NCBI RefSeq assembly: GCF_050156935.1
Contig: NZ_CP189584.1
Location: forward strand, 1,195,263-1,227,262
Source: Pseudarthrobacter sp. P1
GTDB taxonomy: Bacteria; Actinomycetota; Actinomycetes; Actinomycetales; Micrococcaceae
Length of the DNA stretch: 32,000 bases
Direction of reading: 5' to 3'
Positions 9,417 to 17,502 of this stretch are shown piece after piece. Positions within the stretch are counted from its first letter, which is position 1. Every line of letters begins with the position of its first letter. Below the pieces are notes generated by a model. That model had not been told where the DNA came from and made no database searches. It saw nothing but the letters and a program-made list of their open reading frames with translations. A program made the translations under genes and the position numbers.

Positions 9417-10421
9417 ATGATCGCGCACACCGGCCAGGCCGGTTCCAGTGTCCCGGCTGCGGCCACCGCAGCCGGACCCGGGGCTGCCCGGTCCGGCGGT
9501 GACCAGCTCCGGGTGGCCGGCGAGCGGATCGGTACCCTCCTGGACGGCCTGTCCTCCGGCGGGGCCGTGGCCCGGGACCGGGCCGAGGAGCTGGTGCGCC
9601 AGGTGACGGATCTGTACGGCGCGGGGCTGGAGCGCATCCTGGACCTGCTCTCCGCCCGGGGGCTGCTCGACGGCGGCACCCTGGACGCCTTGCTGTCCGA
9701 TGAATTGGTCTCCGGCCTGCTGCTGGTCAACGGCCTGCATCCCCACGATGTGGCCACCCGGGTTGCCGCCGCCCTGGACAGCGTGCGGCCGTACCTGGGT
9801 TCGCACGGCGGCGATGTCGAGCTGTTGGGGATCAGCGACGACGGCGTGGTGCGGCTGCGGCTGCTGGGCAGCTGCCATGGCTGCCCGTCGTCGTCGGTCA
9901 CGTTGAAATTGGCCGTGGAAGACGCCATCGAAACCGCGGCGCCCGAAGTCACAGCCATTGAGGTGGCCGAGGAAGAGCCGGCCGGCGCCGGCGGCGCCGT
10001 CATTCCGATCAATGCGCTGCGGATGCGGCTGGACCAACAGGCCGCGGAGTCCTTCGCCGGCGCCGTTGGCGGCCAGTGGGAGCCTGCGGCGGAGCTGGGC
10101 GGGCTGGCGGACGGCGAAGTGGCGGGCTTCCTGATCGCCGGCACAGCCGTGCTTGCCTGCCGCCTCGGCGAAGACATTTTCGCCTACCGGGACTACTGTC
10201 CGCGCTGCACCAAGTCCTTGACCGGCGCCTCGCTGCAGCGTGCCCTGGCGTCCCCTACCGGCGGGGCCCTGCTGCGCTGCCCCACCTGCCGCGGCCACTT
10301 TGATGTCCGGAAGGCCGGTGCCTGCCTCGAGGACAAGGCCCAGCATCTGGAGCCGCTGCCGCTGCTGGTGCGCGGCGGCGTGACCTCCGTGGCCATTCCC
10401 GCCACCGCCGGGCACATGTGA
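9417..10421 (+). CDS. NifU-domain / Rieske-like (Cys4) iron-sulfur protein associated with Hhy hydrogenases (HhyE-like)
   Basis: The central region LDSVRPYLGSHGGDVELLGI...LLGSCHGCPSSSVTLK is a NifU C-terminal-type domain. The C-terminus has CPRC...CPTCRGHFD in a Rieske-like arrangement, with Cys replacing the His ligands. Confidence 0.75.
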   Translation: MIAHTGQAGSSVPAAATAAGPGAARSGGDQLRVAGERIGTLLDGLSSGGAVARDRAEELVRQVTDLYGAGLERILDLLSARGLLDGGTLDALLSDELVSGLLLVNGLHPHDVATRVAAALDSVRPYLGSHGGDVELLGISDDGVVRLRLLGSCHGCPSSSVTLKLAVEDAIETAAPEVTAIEVAEEEPAGAGGAVIPINALRMRLDQQAAESFAGAVGGQWEPAAELGGLADGEVAGFLIAGTAVLACRLGEDIFAYRDYCPRCTKSLTGASLQRALASPTGGALLRCPTCRGHFDVRKAGACLEDKAQHLEPLPLLVRGGVTSVAIPATAGHM

Positions 10422-11197
10422 TGTCCATCGGCCAGGAGCGCAATGCCGGCACCATGGCGCCATGGGCCGCCGGCACTCCCCTCCAGAACGGTGCGGACGG
10501 CGGCACCGGCGCCACGGGATCGCCGCCGCTGGCCCTGCTTCGGCGCATCGCGGGCAGCCGCCCCGCTGCGGCTGCCGGCGAGCGCTGTGAGATGTGTGCC
10601 GAACCCCTGGCCGAGAAGCACCAGCATGTGGTGGACACGGAAAGCCGCGCGCTCCTGTGCACCTGCCGCCCGTGCTACCTGCTGTTCACGGACTCGGGGG
10701 CGACTCTGCGTTACCGGTCCGTACCCGAACGGTATGTCTCCTTCCCTGGCTTTGAGCTGGGCGCCGGCCAATGGGACGAGCTGGAGATCCCGATTGGCTT
10801 GGCCTTCTTTTTCTTCAACACCGGGATGGGGCGCACTGTGGCGTTCTATCCGGGCCCTGCCGGGGCGACGGAGTCCGAGCTTCCCTTGGGTGCCTGGGAC
10901 GCGGTGCTGGCCGCCAATCCTGCCGTCTCCATCGCGGCCCCGGACACGGAGGCCCTCCTGATCCGCGCGCCGGGCCCCGAGCGGTTGGGTGCGGATTGCC
11001 ATCTGGTGCCCATCGACGCCTGCTACGAGCTGGTGGGCCGGCTGCGCAAGGTGTGGCGGGGGTTTGACGGCGGCCAGGACGCCAGGGAGGCATTGTCCGG
11101 TTTCTTTGACCACGTGGTCCGCAGCAGCAAGCCTGCTCCCGCGATGGTCTCCCCCGGGGCCCGGCCGGTGGAGGGGGGCAGCGATGGCCCAGCTTGA
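10418..11197 (+). CDS. Conserved hypothetical protein, hydrogenase-linked, Cys-cluster (CxxC...CxCxxC)
   Basis: High GC3. The start overlaps the upstream stop (ATGTGATG). Contains RCEMCAEPL...LLCTCRPCYLLF. I recall homologues as a DUF family in actinobacterial hhy loci; this is unverified. Confidence 0.7.
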   Translation: MMSIGQERNAGTMAPWAAGTPLQNGADGGTGATGSPPLALLRRIAGSRPAAAAGERCEMCAEPLAEKHQHVVDTESRALLCTCRPCYLLFTDSGATLRYRSVPERYVSFPGFELGAGQWDELEIPIGLAFFFFNTGMGRTVAFYPGPAGATESELPLGAWDAVLAANPAVSIAAPDTEALLIRAPGPERLGADCHLVPIDACYELVGRLRKVWRGFDGGQDAREALSGFFDHVVRSSKPAPAMVSPGARPVEGGSDGPA

Positions 11198-11825
11198 GTT
11201 CAGCGTTCTGGACATCATTGCGGAGCCCTTTGCCGCGGCCCCGCAGCTCACGGCCCGGCTCCGCGTCACCGAGTCGACGGGTGCCGTCATCCACGCGATG
11301 GCCCTGCGCTGCCAGGTCCGGATCCAGCCGCAGCGCCGTGGCTACACGCCGGCGGAAGAGGAGGGGCTGCTGGACCTCTTTGGCGCCCGGCTCCGTTGGC
11401 CGTCCACGCTGAAGCCCTTCCTGTGGATGCAGTGCTCCACCCTGGTCCAGGGCTTCACCGGCGAGACCGAGGCCGACCTCCCGCTCCCCTGCACCTATGA
11501 CTTTGACGTCGCGGCCGCCAAATACCTGCATGCACTCCGCGAGCGCAGCATCCCGGTGGAATTCCTCTTCTCCGGCACCGTCTTCACCCAGGGCCTGGCC
11601 GGCTTTGGCGTCGAACAGGTGCCGTGGGACCGTGAAGCCTCCTTCCAGCTGCCGGTGGCAACCTGGACGGGGCTCATGGAGCAGCACTTCCCGCACTCCG
11701 GCTGGATCCGGGTGGACAAGGATGTTCTGGCCGCCCTGGCACACTACAAATCGGCGCTCGGGCTGACCTCCTGGGAAGCGGCCATCGAAGGCCTGCTCGC
11801 CGGAGCTGGTGACCCGGCGCAATGA
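11184..11825 (+). CDS. Conserved hypothetical protein, hydrogenase-linked
   Basis: ATG 11184 (MAQLEFSVLD...) overlaps the upstream gene by 14 nt. Codon bias is host-like. No known motif was found. Confidence 0.65.
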   Translation: MAQLEFSVLDIIAEPFAAAPQLTARLRVTESTGAVIHAMALRCQVRIQPQRRGYTPAEEEGLLDLFGARLRWPSTLKPFLWMQCSTLVQGFTGETEADLPLPCTYDFDVAAAKYLHALRERSIPVEFLFSGTVFTQGLAGFGVEQVPWDREASFQLPVATWTGLMEQHFPHSGWIRVDKDVLAALAHYKSALGLTSWEAAIEGLLAGAGDPAQ

Positions 11826-13282
11826 GGAGTCCAAGCCTGAGCCTGGCACGGGCCATTGCCGACGCCGTGCTCTACGAGGGCTACCTGCTCTACCCCTACC
11901 GGGCGTCGTCGCAGAAGAACCAGGCCCGCTGGCAGTTCGGCATTCTTGGCCCGCCGGGGGCCGCGGAGTCCGGGGCCGGCGAGGAATCCGGCCTGTTCGC
12001 CGATGCCCTGTTGCGTGCCGGTCCGCTGGCCGAAGTGGCGGTCCACCTGCGTTTCCTGCAATTGCAGACGCGCACCGTGGAGCGGGCGGACGCGACGGGG
12101 TTCATCCCCGTGCCCGAGCTGTCCGCTGGCTCCGCCCGCTGGCTGACCTGGGATGAAGCGATCGAGCATGAGGTGCCGCTGGGCCCGTTCAGCTTGGCCC
12201 AGCTCCGGGAGGGGCCATCGGTGGCCGTCGAGATCCCCGACGGGGAGGATGCCGAGCTGCTTCGTGACCCCTCGGGATCCGCCGTGGGGCGGCTGGTGCG
12301 CCGGCGCAGGGCATTGCGGGCCACGGTCACGCTCACCATGGACAGCGCGGGCACTGATTACACGGGGGCGGATCAAGCGGGGGCGGCGGGCGCCGGGGAT
12401 GCACCCCTGCTGCGGCTGCGTGTGGCCGTGGACAACACGGCCGCCGGGCAGACGCGGGACAAGCACGATGCCATCGCCCAATCGTTCATCGGCACGCACG
12501 TGCTGCTCAGCCTTGTCGACGGTGACTTCATCTCGCTGCTGGATCCCCCGGATGGGGCCCGGGCTGCTGCCCAGGCATGCACCCAGCACCGTGGCTGGCC
12601 CGTCCTCGCCGGACCGCCCGGCCAAAGCGACGTCCTGCTCATCTCCCCCATCATTCTCTACGACCACCCCGCGGTGGCCCCGGAAAGTTCGGTGGCCCTC
12701 TACGATTCCACCGAAATCGACGAGATCCTCACGCTGCGGGTGCTCACGCTGACCGAGGAGGAAAAGGCCGAAGCCCGTGCCACCGATCCGCGTGCCGCCG
12801 AGATCATCGACCGCTGCGAGGCCATGACCGAGACCGAGCTCCAGGCCCTGCACGGCATCCTGCGCAACCCGCATGCCGGCGAGGACCTCGGCAGCCAGGC
12901 CACCGCCCCGCCCTTTGAGGTGCTGGCGGAGGAACCGCCGGCGGGAACACCCTGGTGGGATCCGGCCGCGGATTCGTCCGTCCGGCCGGAGTCCGACGTC
13001 GTGGTGATCAAGGGGGTGCCGGTGGCACGGGGCAGCCGGGTGGTTGTCATGCCGAGCAGGCGGGCGGATGCCCAGGATCTGTTCTCCGCCGGGCAGCCGG
13101 CCCGCGTCACGGGCGTCCACTTTGACGTCGACGGCAGCACCCATGTCGCCGTCGTCATAGAAGCCGACCCCGCGGCGGAACTCCAGGAATGGTACGGCCG
13201 GTACCTGTACTTCTCCCCGGAGGAACTGGAGCCCCTCGATCCACTGCCGGCCGCAGACGACGGAAGGAAAGGCCCACAATGA
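11822..13282 (+). CDS. Conserved hypothetical protein (486 aa), hydrogenase-linked
   Basis: ATGA start/stop overlap at 11822-11825. Codon bias is host-like. The N-terminal motif is LYEGYLLYPYR...RWQFG. No known catalytic motif was found. Confidence 0.7.
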   Translation: MRSPSLSLARAIADAVLYEGYLLYPYRASSQKNQARWQFGILGPPGAAESGAGEESGLFADALLRAGPLAEVAVHLRFLQLQTRTVERADATGFIPVPELSAGSARWLTWDEAIEHEVPLGPFSLAQLREGPSVAVEIPDGEDAELLRDPSGSAVGRLVRRRRALRATVTLTMDSAGTDYTGADQAGAAGAGDAPLLRLRVAVDNTAAGQTRDKHDAIAQSFIGTHVLLSLVDGDFISLLDPPDGARAAAQACTQHRGWPVLAGPPGQSDVLLISPIILYDHPAVAPESSVALYDSTEIDEILTLRVLTLTEEEKAEARATDPRAAEIIDRCEAMTETELQALHGILRNPHAGEDLGSQATAPPFEVLAEEPPAGTPWWDPAADSSVRPESDVVVIKGVPVARGSRVVVMPSRRADAQDLFSAGQPARVTGVHFDVDGSTHVAVVIEADPAAELQEWYGRYLYFSPEELEPLDPLPAADDGRKGPQ

Positions 13283-13398
13283 GGACACTTGGCAAAATAT
13301 CCGCGGTGGGGCTGCTGGTGGTGGCCCTGGCCGGGGTGGTGGTTGCGTTGCGCTCCATCCCGGACATTGCCCGCTACCTGAGGATCAGCCGGATGTGA
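13279..13398 (+). CDS. 39-aa single-pass membrane micro-protein (MRTLGKISAVGLLVVALAGVVVALRSIPDIARYLRISRM)
   Basis: ATGA overlap with the upstream stop, and its own stop overlaps the GTG of the protease gene. It has one clear TM helix and a basic amphipathic tail. I recall similar small proteins annotated next to actinobacterial hydrogenase proteases; this is unverified. Confidence 0.55.
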   Translation: MRTLGKISAVGLLVVALAGVVVALRSIPDIARYLRISRM

Positions 13399-14087
13399 GC
13401 GGCACCCACCCCGGCACCCCGATGGCCGTCGGCACCACCCGCCCGCGGCAGCCGGCCGGCCGCGGCCCCGCGCCCGGTCCGGTGTCCGCGCCTGCCCGCA
13501 TTTTGGTGGCGGGGGTGGGCAACATCTTCCTCGGCGACGACGGGTTCGGGCCGGAGGTGGCCCGCCGGATCGCCGTCGGCACCGGTGTCGCCGGCACCGG
13601 TGCCGGGGGCGGCGCGGAACCCGGAGCCGATGGGGATCTCGGCCGCCGGGGTGTCCGGGTGGTGGACTATGGCATCCGCGGGATCCATTTGGCTTACGAC
13701 CTGCTGGCGGGCGTCGATGCGCTGATCCTGGTGGATGCCGTCCCGGCCGCACCCTTGGACACGACGAGCTCCGGGACGGGGAACAGGCCCGGGGATGTCC
13801 GCGTCTTCCAGGTCTCCGCCCAGGACCTTTCCGGCGGCAGCACCGGCGGCGGTCTCCCGCCCCTGGATCCGCACGGGATGGACCCGCTGACCGTGTTGGC
13901 CAGGCTCCAAACCCTCGGCGGAGAACTTCCCCTGACGTTTGTCGTGGGCTGCGTCCCCGAGACAACCGCCGAGGGGATCGGCCTGTCGGCGGCCGTCGCG
14001 GGAGCGGTACCCGAAGCCATCGAGACGATCATGGCCCTGGTGGCGGAACATGGCCCCGGGGCACGAAGGGACGAACCATGTGTCTAG
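13395..14087 (+). CDS. [NiFe]-hydrogenase maturation endopeptidase (HupD/HybD/HyaD family)
   Basis: Motifs ILVAGVGNIFLGDDGFG, VVDYG, ALILVDAV and DPHGM. The start is uncertain (GTG 13395 or ATG 13422). A Gly/Ala-rich insertion lies between the first two motifs. Confidence 0.85.
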   Translation: MSGTHPGTPMAVGTTRPRQPAGRGPAPGPVSAPARILVAGVGNIFLGDDGFGPEVARRIAVGTGVAGTGAGGGAEPGADGDLGRRGVRVVDYGIRGIHLAYDLLAGVDALILVDAVPAAPLDTTSSGTGNRPGDVRVFQVSAQDLSGGSTGGGLPPLDPHGMDPLTVLARLQTLGGELPLTFVVGCVPETTAEGIGLSAAVAGAVPEAIETIMALVAEHGPGARRDEPCV

Positions 14088-14329
14088 GAATACCCGGCCA
14101 GGTGGTCCGGATGCTCGATGGCTACGGCAATCAGCTGGCTCTGGTGGACGTTGCCGGCGTGGAACGGAAAATCAACATCGGGCTCCTGGACGAGGGGCCG
14201 CTGGAACCGGGCAGCTGGGTCCTGATCCACATGGGCTTCGCACTGGAGCGGGTGGACTCCGCCGGGGCCCAGCGGGCCATGAGCGGCCTGAAGATGATGG
14301 GCTCCGGGGAGGACAACGACGGCGCCTAG
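14078..14329 (+). CDS. hypC: Hydrogenase assembly chaperone HypC/HupF
   Basis: N-terminal MCLGIPG signature and the WVLIHMGFAL motif; 83 aa. Confidence 0.9.
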   Translation: MCLGIPGQVVRMLDGYGNQLALVDVAGVERKINIGLLDEGPLEPGSWVLIHMGFALERVDSAGAQRAMSGLKMMGSGEDNDGA

Positions 14330-15102
14330 CCGCGTTCCAGCGCGATGGCCGCCCCCCTATGCTCCACCCCGGTGTTGGCGATCTTCAGGTGCCTTTCCGT
14401 GAAGTGCCTGAGCCTGTGCAGCTGCCCGGCAGTGAGCTTGTCGCAGATCCAGTCCCAATGCAGCGATACGGCGTCGCCAACGGCAAGGCCTGAGACAAAG
14501 CCGGCTCCGGCGACAGCAAATTTTGCCGTCTCCAGAATGGGATCGGCCAGGTGCAGGGCCACTCCGTCCCACGCCAGGGGGCGGGAACGGACCACTGCCT
14601 CATCGCCCGCGATGGCCACCACCTCCCCCCACCTGATGCGGCACTGGTCCAGGACGTGCAGCGCTGTGGCAAACCGTCTGTCGTCCCGCAGCAGGCCCAG
14701 CCACGGGTAGACCTCGAAGACATGGAAGCTGTGGTGCGGTACGCCACCGGCCAGCACCCCCTCGACCAGGTGCGGGAATTGCATCCCGGTCCGGGCGCGG
14801 AAGCGGTCCTCCATTGAGTTCCCGATGTTGTTTGTACCCACCGCGTCCAGCAGCGGGCTGCCCACCCAATAGGCCTCCACCACCCGGTAGTCGAGCGGAT
14901 CGGGGATGCCCGTGGCGCCGGCAATCAGTTCAAGGTATGGCCAGGCGCCCGCAAATCCCTTGGCCAGCTCGCGCAATCCGGGATCGGTGACCCCCGTCTG
15001 GCCGTACTGGAACAGGGCATCGCTGTCCTCCGGCCCGCAACTGCCTCTGGCGTTGGGTGGATAGGCGTAGCGAACAAAGAGTTGGGCACCGTCGATAACC
15101 AT
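14326..15102 (-). CDS. Conserved hypothetical protein (258 aa), convergent with hypC
   Basis: Start set at MVIDGAQLFVRYAYPPN (ATG 15102-15100). Codon bias is host-like. Its stop shares the CTAG at 14326-14329 with the hypC stop. No family was assigned with certainty. Confidence 0.65.
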   Translation of the reverse strand: MVIDGAQLFVRYAYPPNARGSCGPEDSDALFQYGQTGVTDPGLRELAKGFAGAWPYLELIAGATGIPDPLDYRVVEAYWVGSPLLDAVGTNNIGNSMEDRFRARTGMQFPHLVEGVLAGGVPHHSFHVFEVYPWLGLLRDDRRFATALHVLDQCRIRWGEVVAIAGDEAVVRSRPLAWDGVALHLADPILETAKFAVAGAGFVSGLAVGDAVSLHWDWICDKLTAGQLHRLRHFTERHLKIANTGVEHRGAAIALERG

Positions 15103-15311
15103 GGTCCGGCCTCGTTCCGCAAAGGATATGTCGACGCTAGCACCGTGGCGTGGTTGCCACAAGGAATGCGCGGAGCATCGCCGGGCAGACCTTCCGGCCG
15201 TGGCGGCGGCCCTCCCGCAAGTCATTGACAGTGCTGGGATTCGGGCAGAAGCTGTGACCAATCGAAGAATTGAGTGGTCCGCCAGTCTTTGGCAACGAAG
15301 GAGCCCAGCCG

Positions 15312-16436
15312 ATGGCTAGTCCCGCTGTAAACCGGCGCGCCGTGCTCTCCATGATCCTCGCCGGCGGCGGAGCGGCAGCGCTTGCCGCATGCGGGCCGCC
15401 AAACGCCGGATCCCCACCGGCAACCGGCGGGCCCATCACCCTGACGGACCAGCGGGGCAAGACCCTCACGTTCGACAAACCGGTCATCCGCGTGGTGACC
15501 ATTCCCATGCCCAGCGCATCTCTGCTGGTGGCCGTTGACCAAGGGGCCGACCACTTGGCCGCCATGCACAACGCCTCCTGGGTCGCCATGCGCGACGGCA
15601 CCATGGGCCAAATGTTTCCGGCGGTGCTGGAGATCCCCCACGACATTGCCACCGATGACTTCACACCCAATGTGGAGAGCATCCGGGCGCTGAACCCGGA
15701 CGTTGTGGTGCAGTGGAGTGATTCCCGGCTCACGGAACCATTGGAGAACGCGGGCTTGAAAGTCATTGGACTGACCAATACCGGCCAGCAGCAGGACGTG
15801 GACGCATGGGCCGCCCTCTTCGCCACCATGCTGGGCAAGCCGGACCGTGCCGTGCAAATGAAGGCGCGCAGCGACGGGAAACTGAAGGCAATCCAGGCCC
15901 TGGCTGCCACCCGTGCGGCCGGCTCCAGCATCCTGTATATCAACCGGTTCACCGGCGGGCTGAAGGTCGCCGGCACCGGCAGCTACAACGATTTCTACAT
16001 CAAGCTGGTGGGCGGCAGCAATCCAGCCACGGGCCCCCACGGCGTCGCCGGCAAAGGCATGGTCGGGGTTGACGTGGAGCAGGTGCTCAGCTGGGACCCC
16101 GAAGTGATCCTGCTGGGCAATTTCGACAATGCCCTGCCCAAGGACGTCTACTCTGACCCGGTGCTGGCGAGCACGTCGGCAGCGCGGAACAAACGGGTCT
16201 ACAAGGTCCCGCTGGGCGGCTACCGGTGGGATCCCCCCGGGCAGGAGTCCCCCCTCATGTGGCAGTGGCTCTTGGACATCAGTTTCCCGGTGCCGTCATC
16301 CAGCTTGCGAGCGACAATTCCGGAGTACTACGGGTTCCTCTACGGGCGCACACCAACCCCCGCAGAGATCGACACCATGCTGTGGCTGGATGCCAACGGT
16401 GGATCCGCAAACTACCAGCAGTTCCATGGCGCATGA
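15312..16436 (+). CDS. ABC transporter substrate-binding lipoprotein, iron-siderophore/cobalamin (FecB/BtuF, PBP type-8) class
   Basis: RBS GAAGGAG lies 8 nt before ATG 15312. The signal peptide has a lipobox (AAALAAC). The overall sequence resembles periplasmic-binding-protein-2 family members, and the gene is followed by FecCD and ATPase genes. Confidence 0.8.
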   Translation: MASPAVNRRAVLSMILAGGGAAALAACGPPNAGSPPATGGPITLTDQRGKTLTFDKPVIRVVTIPMPSASLLVAVDQGADHLAAMHNASWVAMRDGTMGQMFPAVLEIPHDIATDDFTPNVESIRALNPDVVVQWSDSRLTEPLENAGLKVIGLTNTGQQQDVDAWAALFATMLGKPDRAVQMKARSDGKLKAIQALAATRAAGSSILYINRFTGGLKVAGTGSYNDFYIKLVGGSNPATGPHGVAGKGMVGVDVEQVLSWDPEVILLGNFDNALPKDVYSDPVLASTSAARNKRVYKVPLGGYRWDPPGQESPLMWQWLLDISFPVPSSSLRATIPEYYGFLYGRTPTPAEIDTMLWLDANGGSANYQQFHGA

Positions 16437-17502
16437 GGTCGGGGAACGCCAGGCGCCCAGACTGAAACGGCCGGCCCAGCGGCCGTACCCCGGAGTGCTC
16501 CGTCCGATCGCCGGCACCGCCGCCCTGCTGTTGGCCGTGGTGCTGGTGTCGCTGGCCCTGGGCCGGTATTACGTCCCGTTCTGGCATGTCGTCCAGGCGC
16601 TGGCGTCCCACGTGGTGCCGCTGGGAACCCCGGTTCCCAGCGCCGAGGACAGTGTGGTGGTTCTGGTGCGGCTGCCCCGGATCATCCTTGCCCTGCTGGT
16701 CGGCGGCGGGCTCGCCGTCGGCGGGGCCGCGCTCCAGGCCATCTTCAGGAATCCGCTGGTGAGTCCGGAAATCATCGGTGTCTCAGCAGGTGCATCCTTT
16801 GGCGGCGCGCTGGCCCTGCTGCTCGGCGCCGGTTCCCTCGCACTGGTCGGTGGATCCTTTGTGTTCGGCCTGGCGGCCCTGTGCCTGCTCTTTCTCATTG
16901 CGTCGGGGCGCGGCGGCGCACCCATGCTGATGATCGTCCTGGGCGGCGTGGTGGTCGGATCCTTCTTCTCCGCGCTCGTCTCGCTGACCACCTACATCGC
17001 CGACCCGTTCACCACCCTGCCGGCCATCGTCTTCTGGCTGCTGGGCAGCGTGGCCGCCGCCAGCTACGCAAAGGTCCTGATCGCCGTCGTGCCCATCCTT
17101 GCCGGCACCGGCATCCTGCTGGCACTGCGCTGGCGCATCAACGTCCTTTCGCTCGGTGATGAAGACGCCGCCGCGCTGGGTCTGCGCCCGCGCACCCTGC
17201 GCTGGGTGGTGCTGGTCTCGGTCGCACTGATCGTGGCAGGGGCGGTGGCTGTCAGTGGCGTCATCAGCTGGGTGGGGCTGGTGATCCCCCATCTGGCCCG
17301 CATGTGGGTGGGGCCGGACCACCGGGTGCTGCTGCCGGTGTCCTTCCTGCTGGGCGGCGCCTACCTCATCGCCGTCGACACCATTGCCCGCACCGTGACG
17401 GCCGGTGAAATCCCGCTGGGCGTGCTCACCGCCCTGATCGGCGCACCCGTATTCTTCGCCCTGCTCCGGCACAACCGGGACAGGATCTGGGACAGTGCTT
17501 GA
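16426..17502 (+). CDS. ABC transporter permease, FecCD/BtuC family
   Basis: A polytopic membrane protein with FecCD-like motifs (RLPRIILALLVGGGLAVGGAALQAIFRNPLVSPEIIGVSAGA...). Overlaps the SBP gene by 11 nt. Confidence 0.85.
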   Translation: MAHEVGERQAPRLKRPAQRPYPGVLRPIAGTAALLLAVVLVSLALGRYYVPFWHVVQALASHVVPLGTPVPSAEDSVVVLVRLPRIILALLVGGGLAVGGAALQAIFRNPLVSPEIIGVSAGASFGGALALLLGAGSLALVGGSFVFGLAALCLLFLIASGRGGAPMLMIVLGGVVVGSFFSALVSLTTYIADPFTTLPAIVFWLLGSVAAASYAKVLIAVVPILAGTGILLALRWRINVLSLGDEDAAALGLRPRTLRWVVLVSVALIVAGAVAVSGVISWVGLVIPHLARMWVGPDHRVLLPVSFLLGGAYLIAVDTIARTVTAGEIPLGVLTALIGAPVFFALLRHNRDRIWDSA

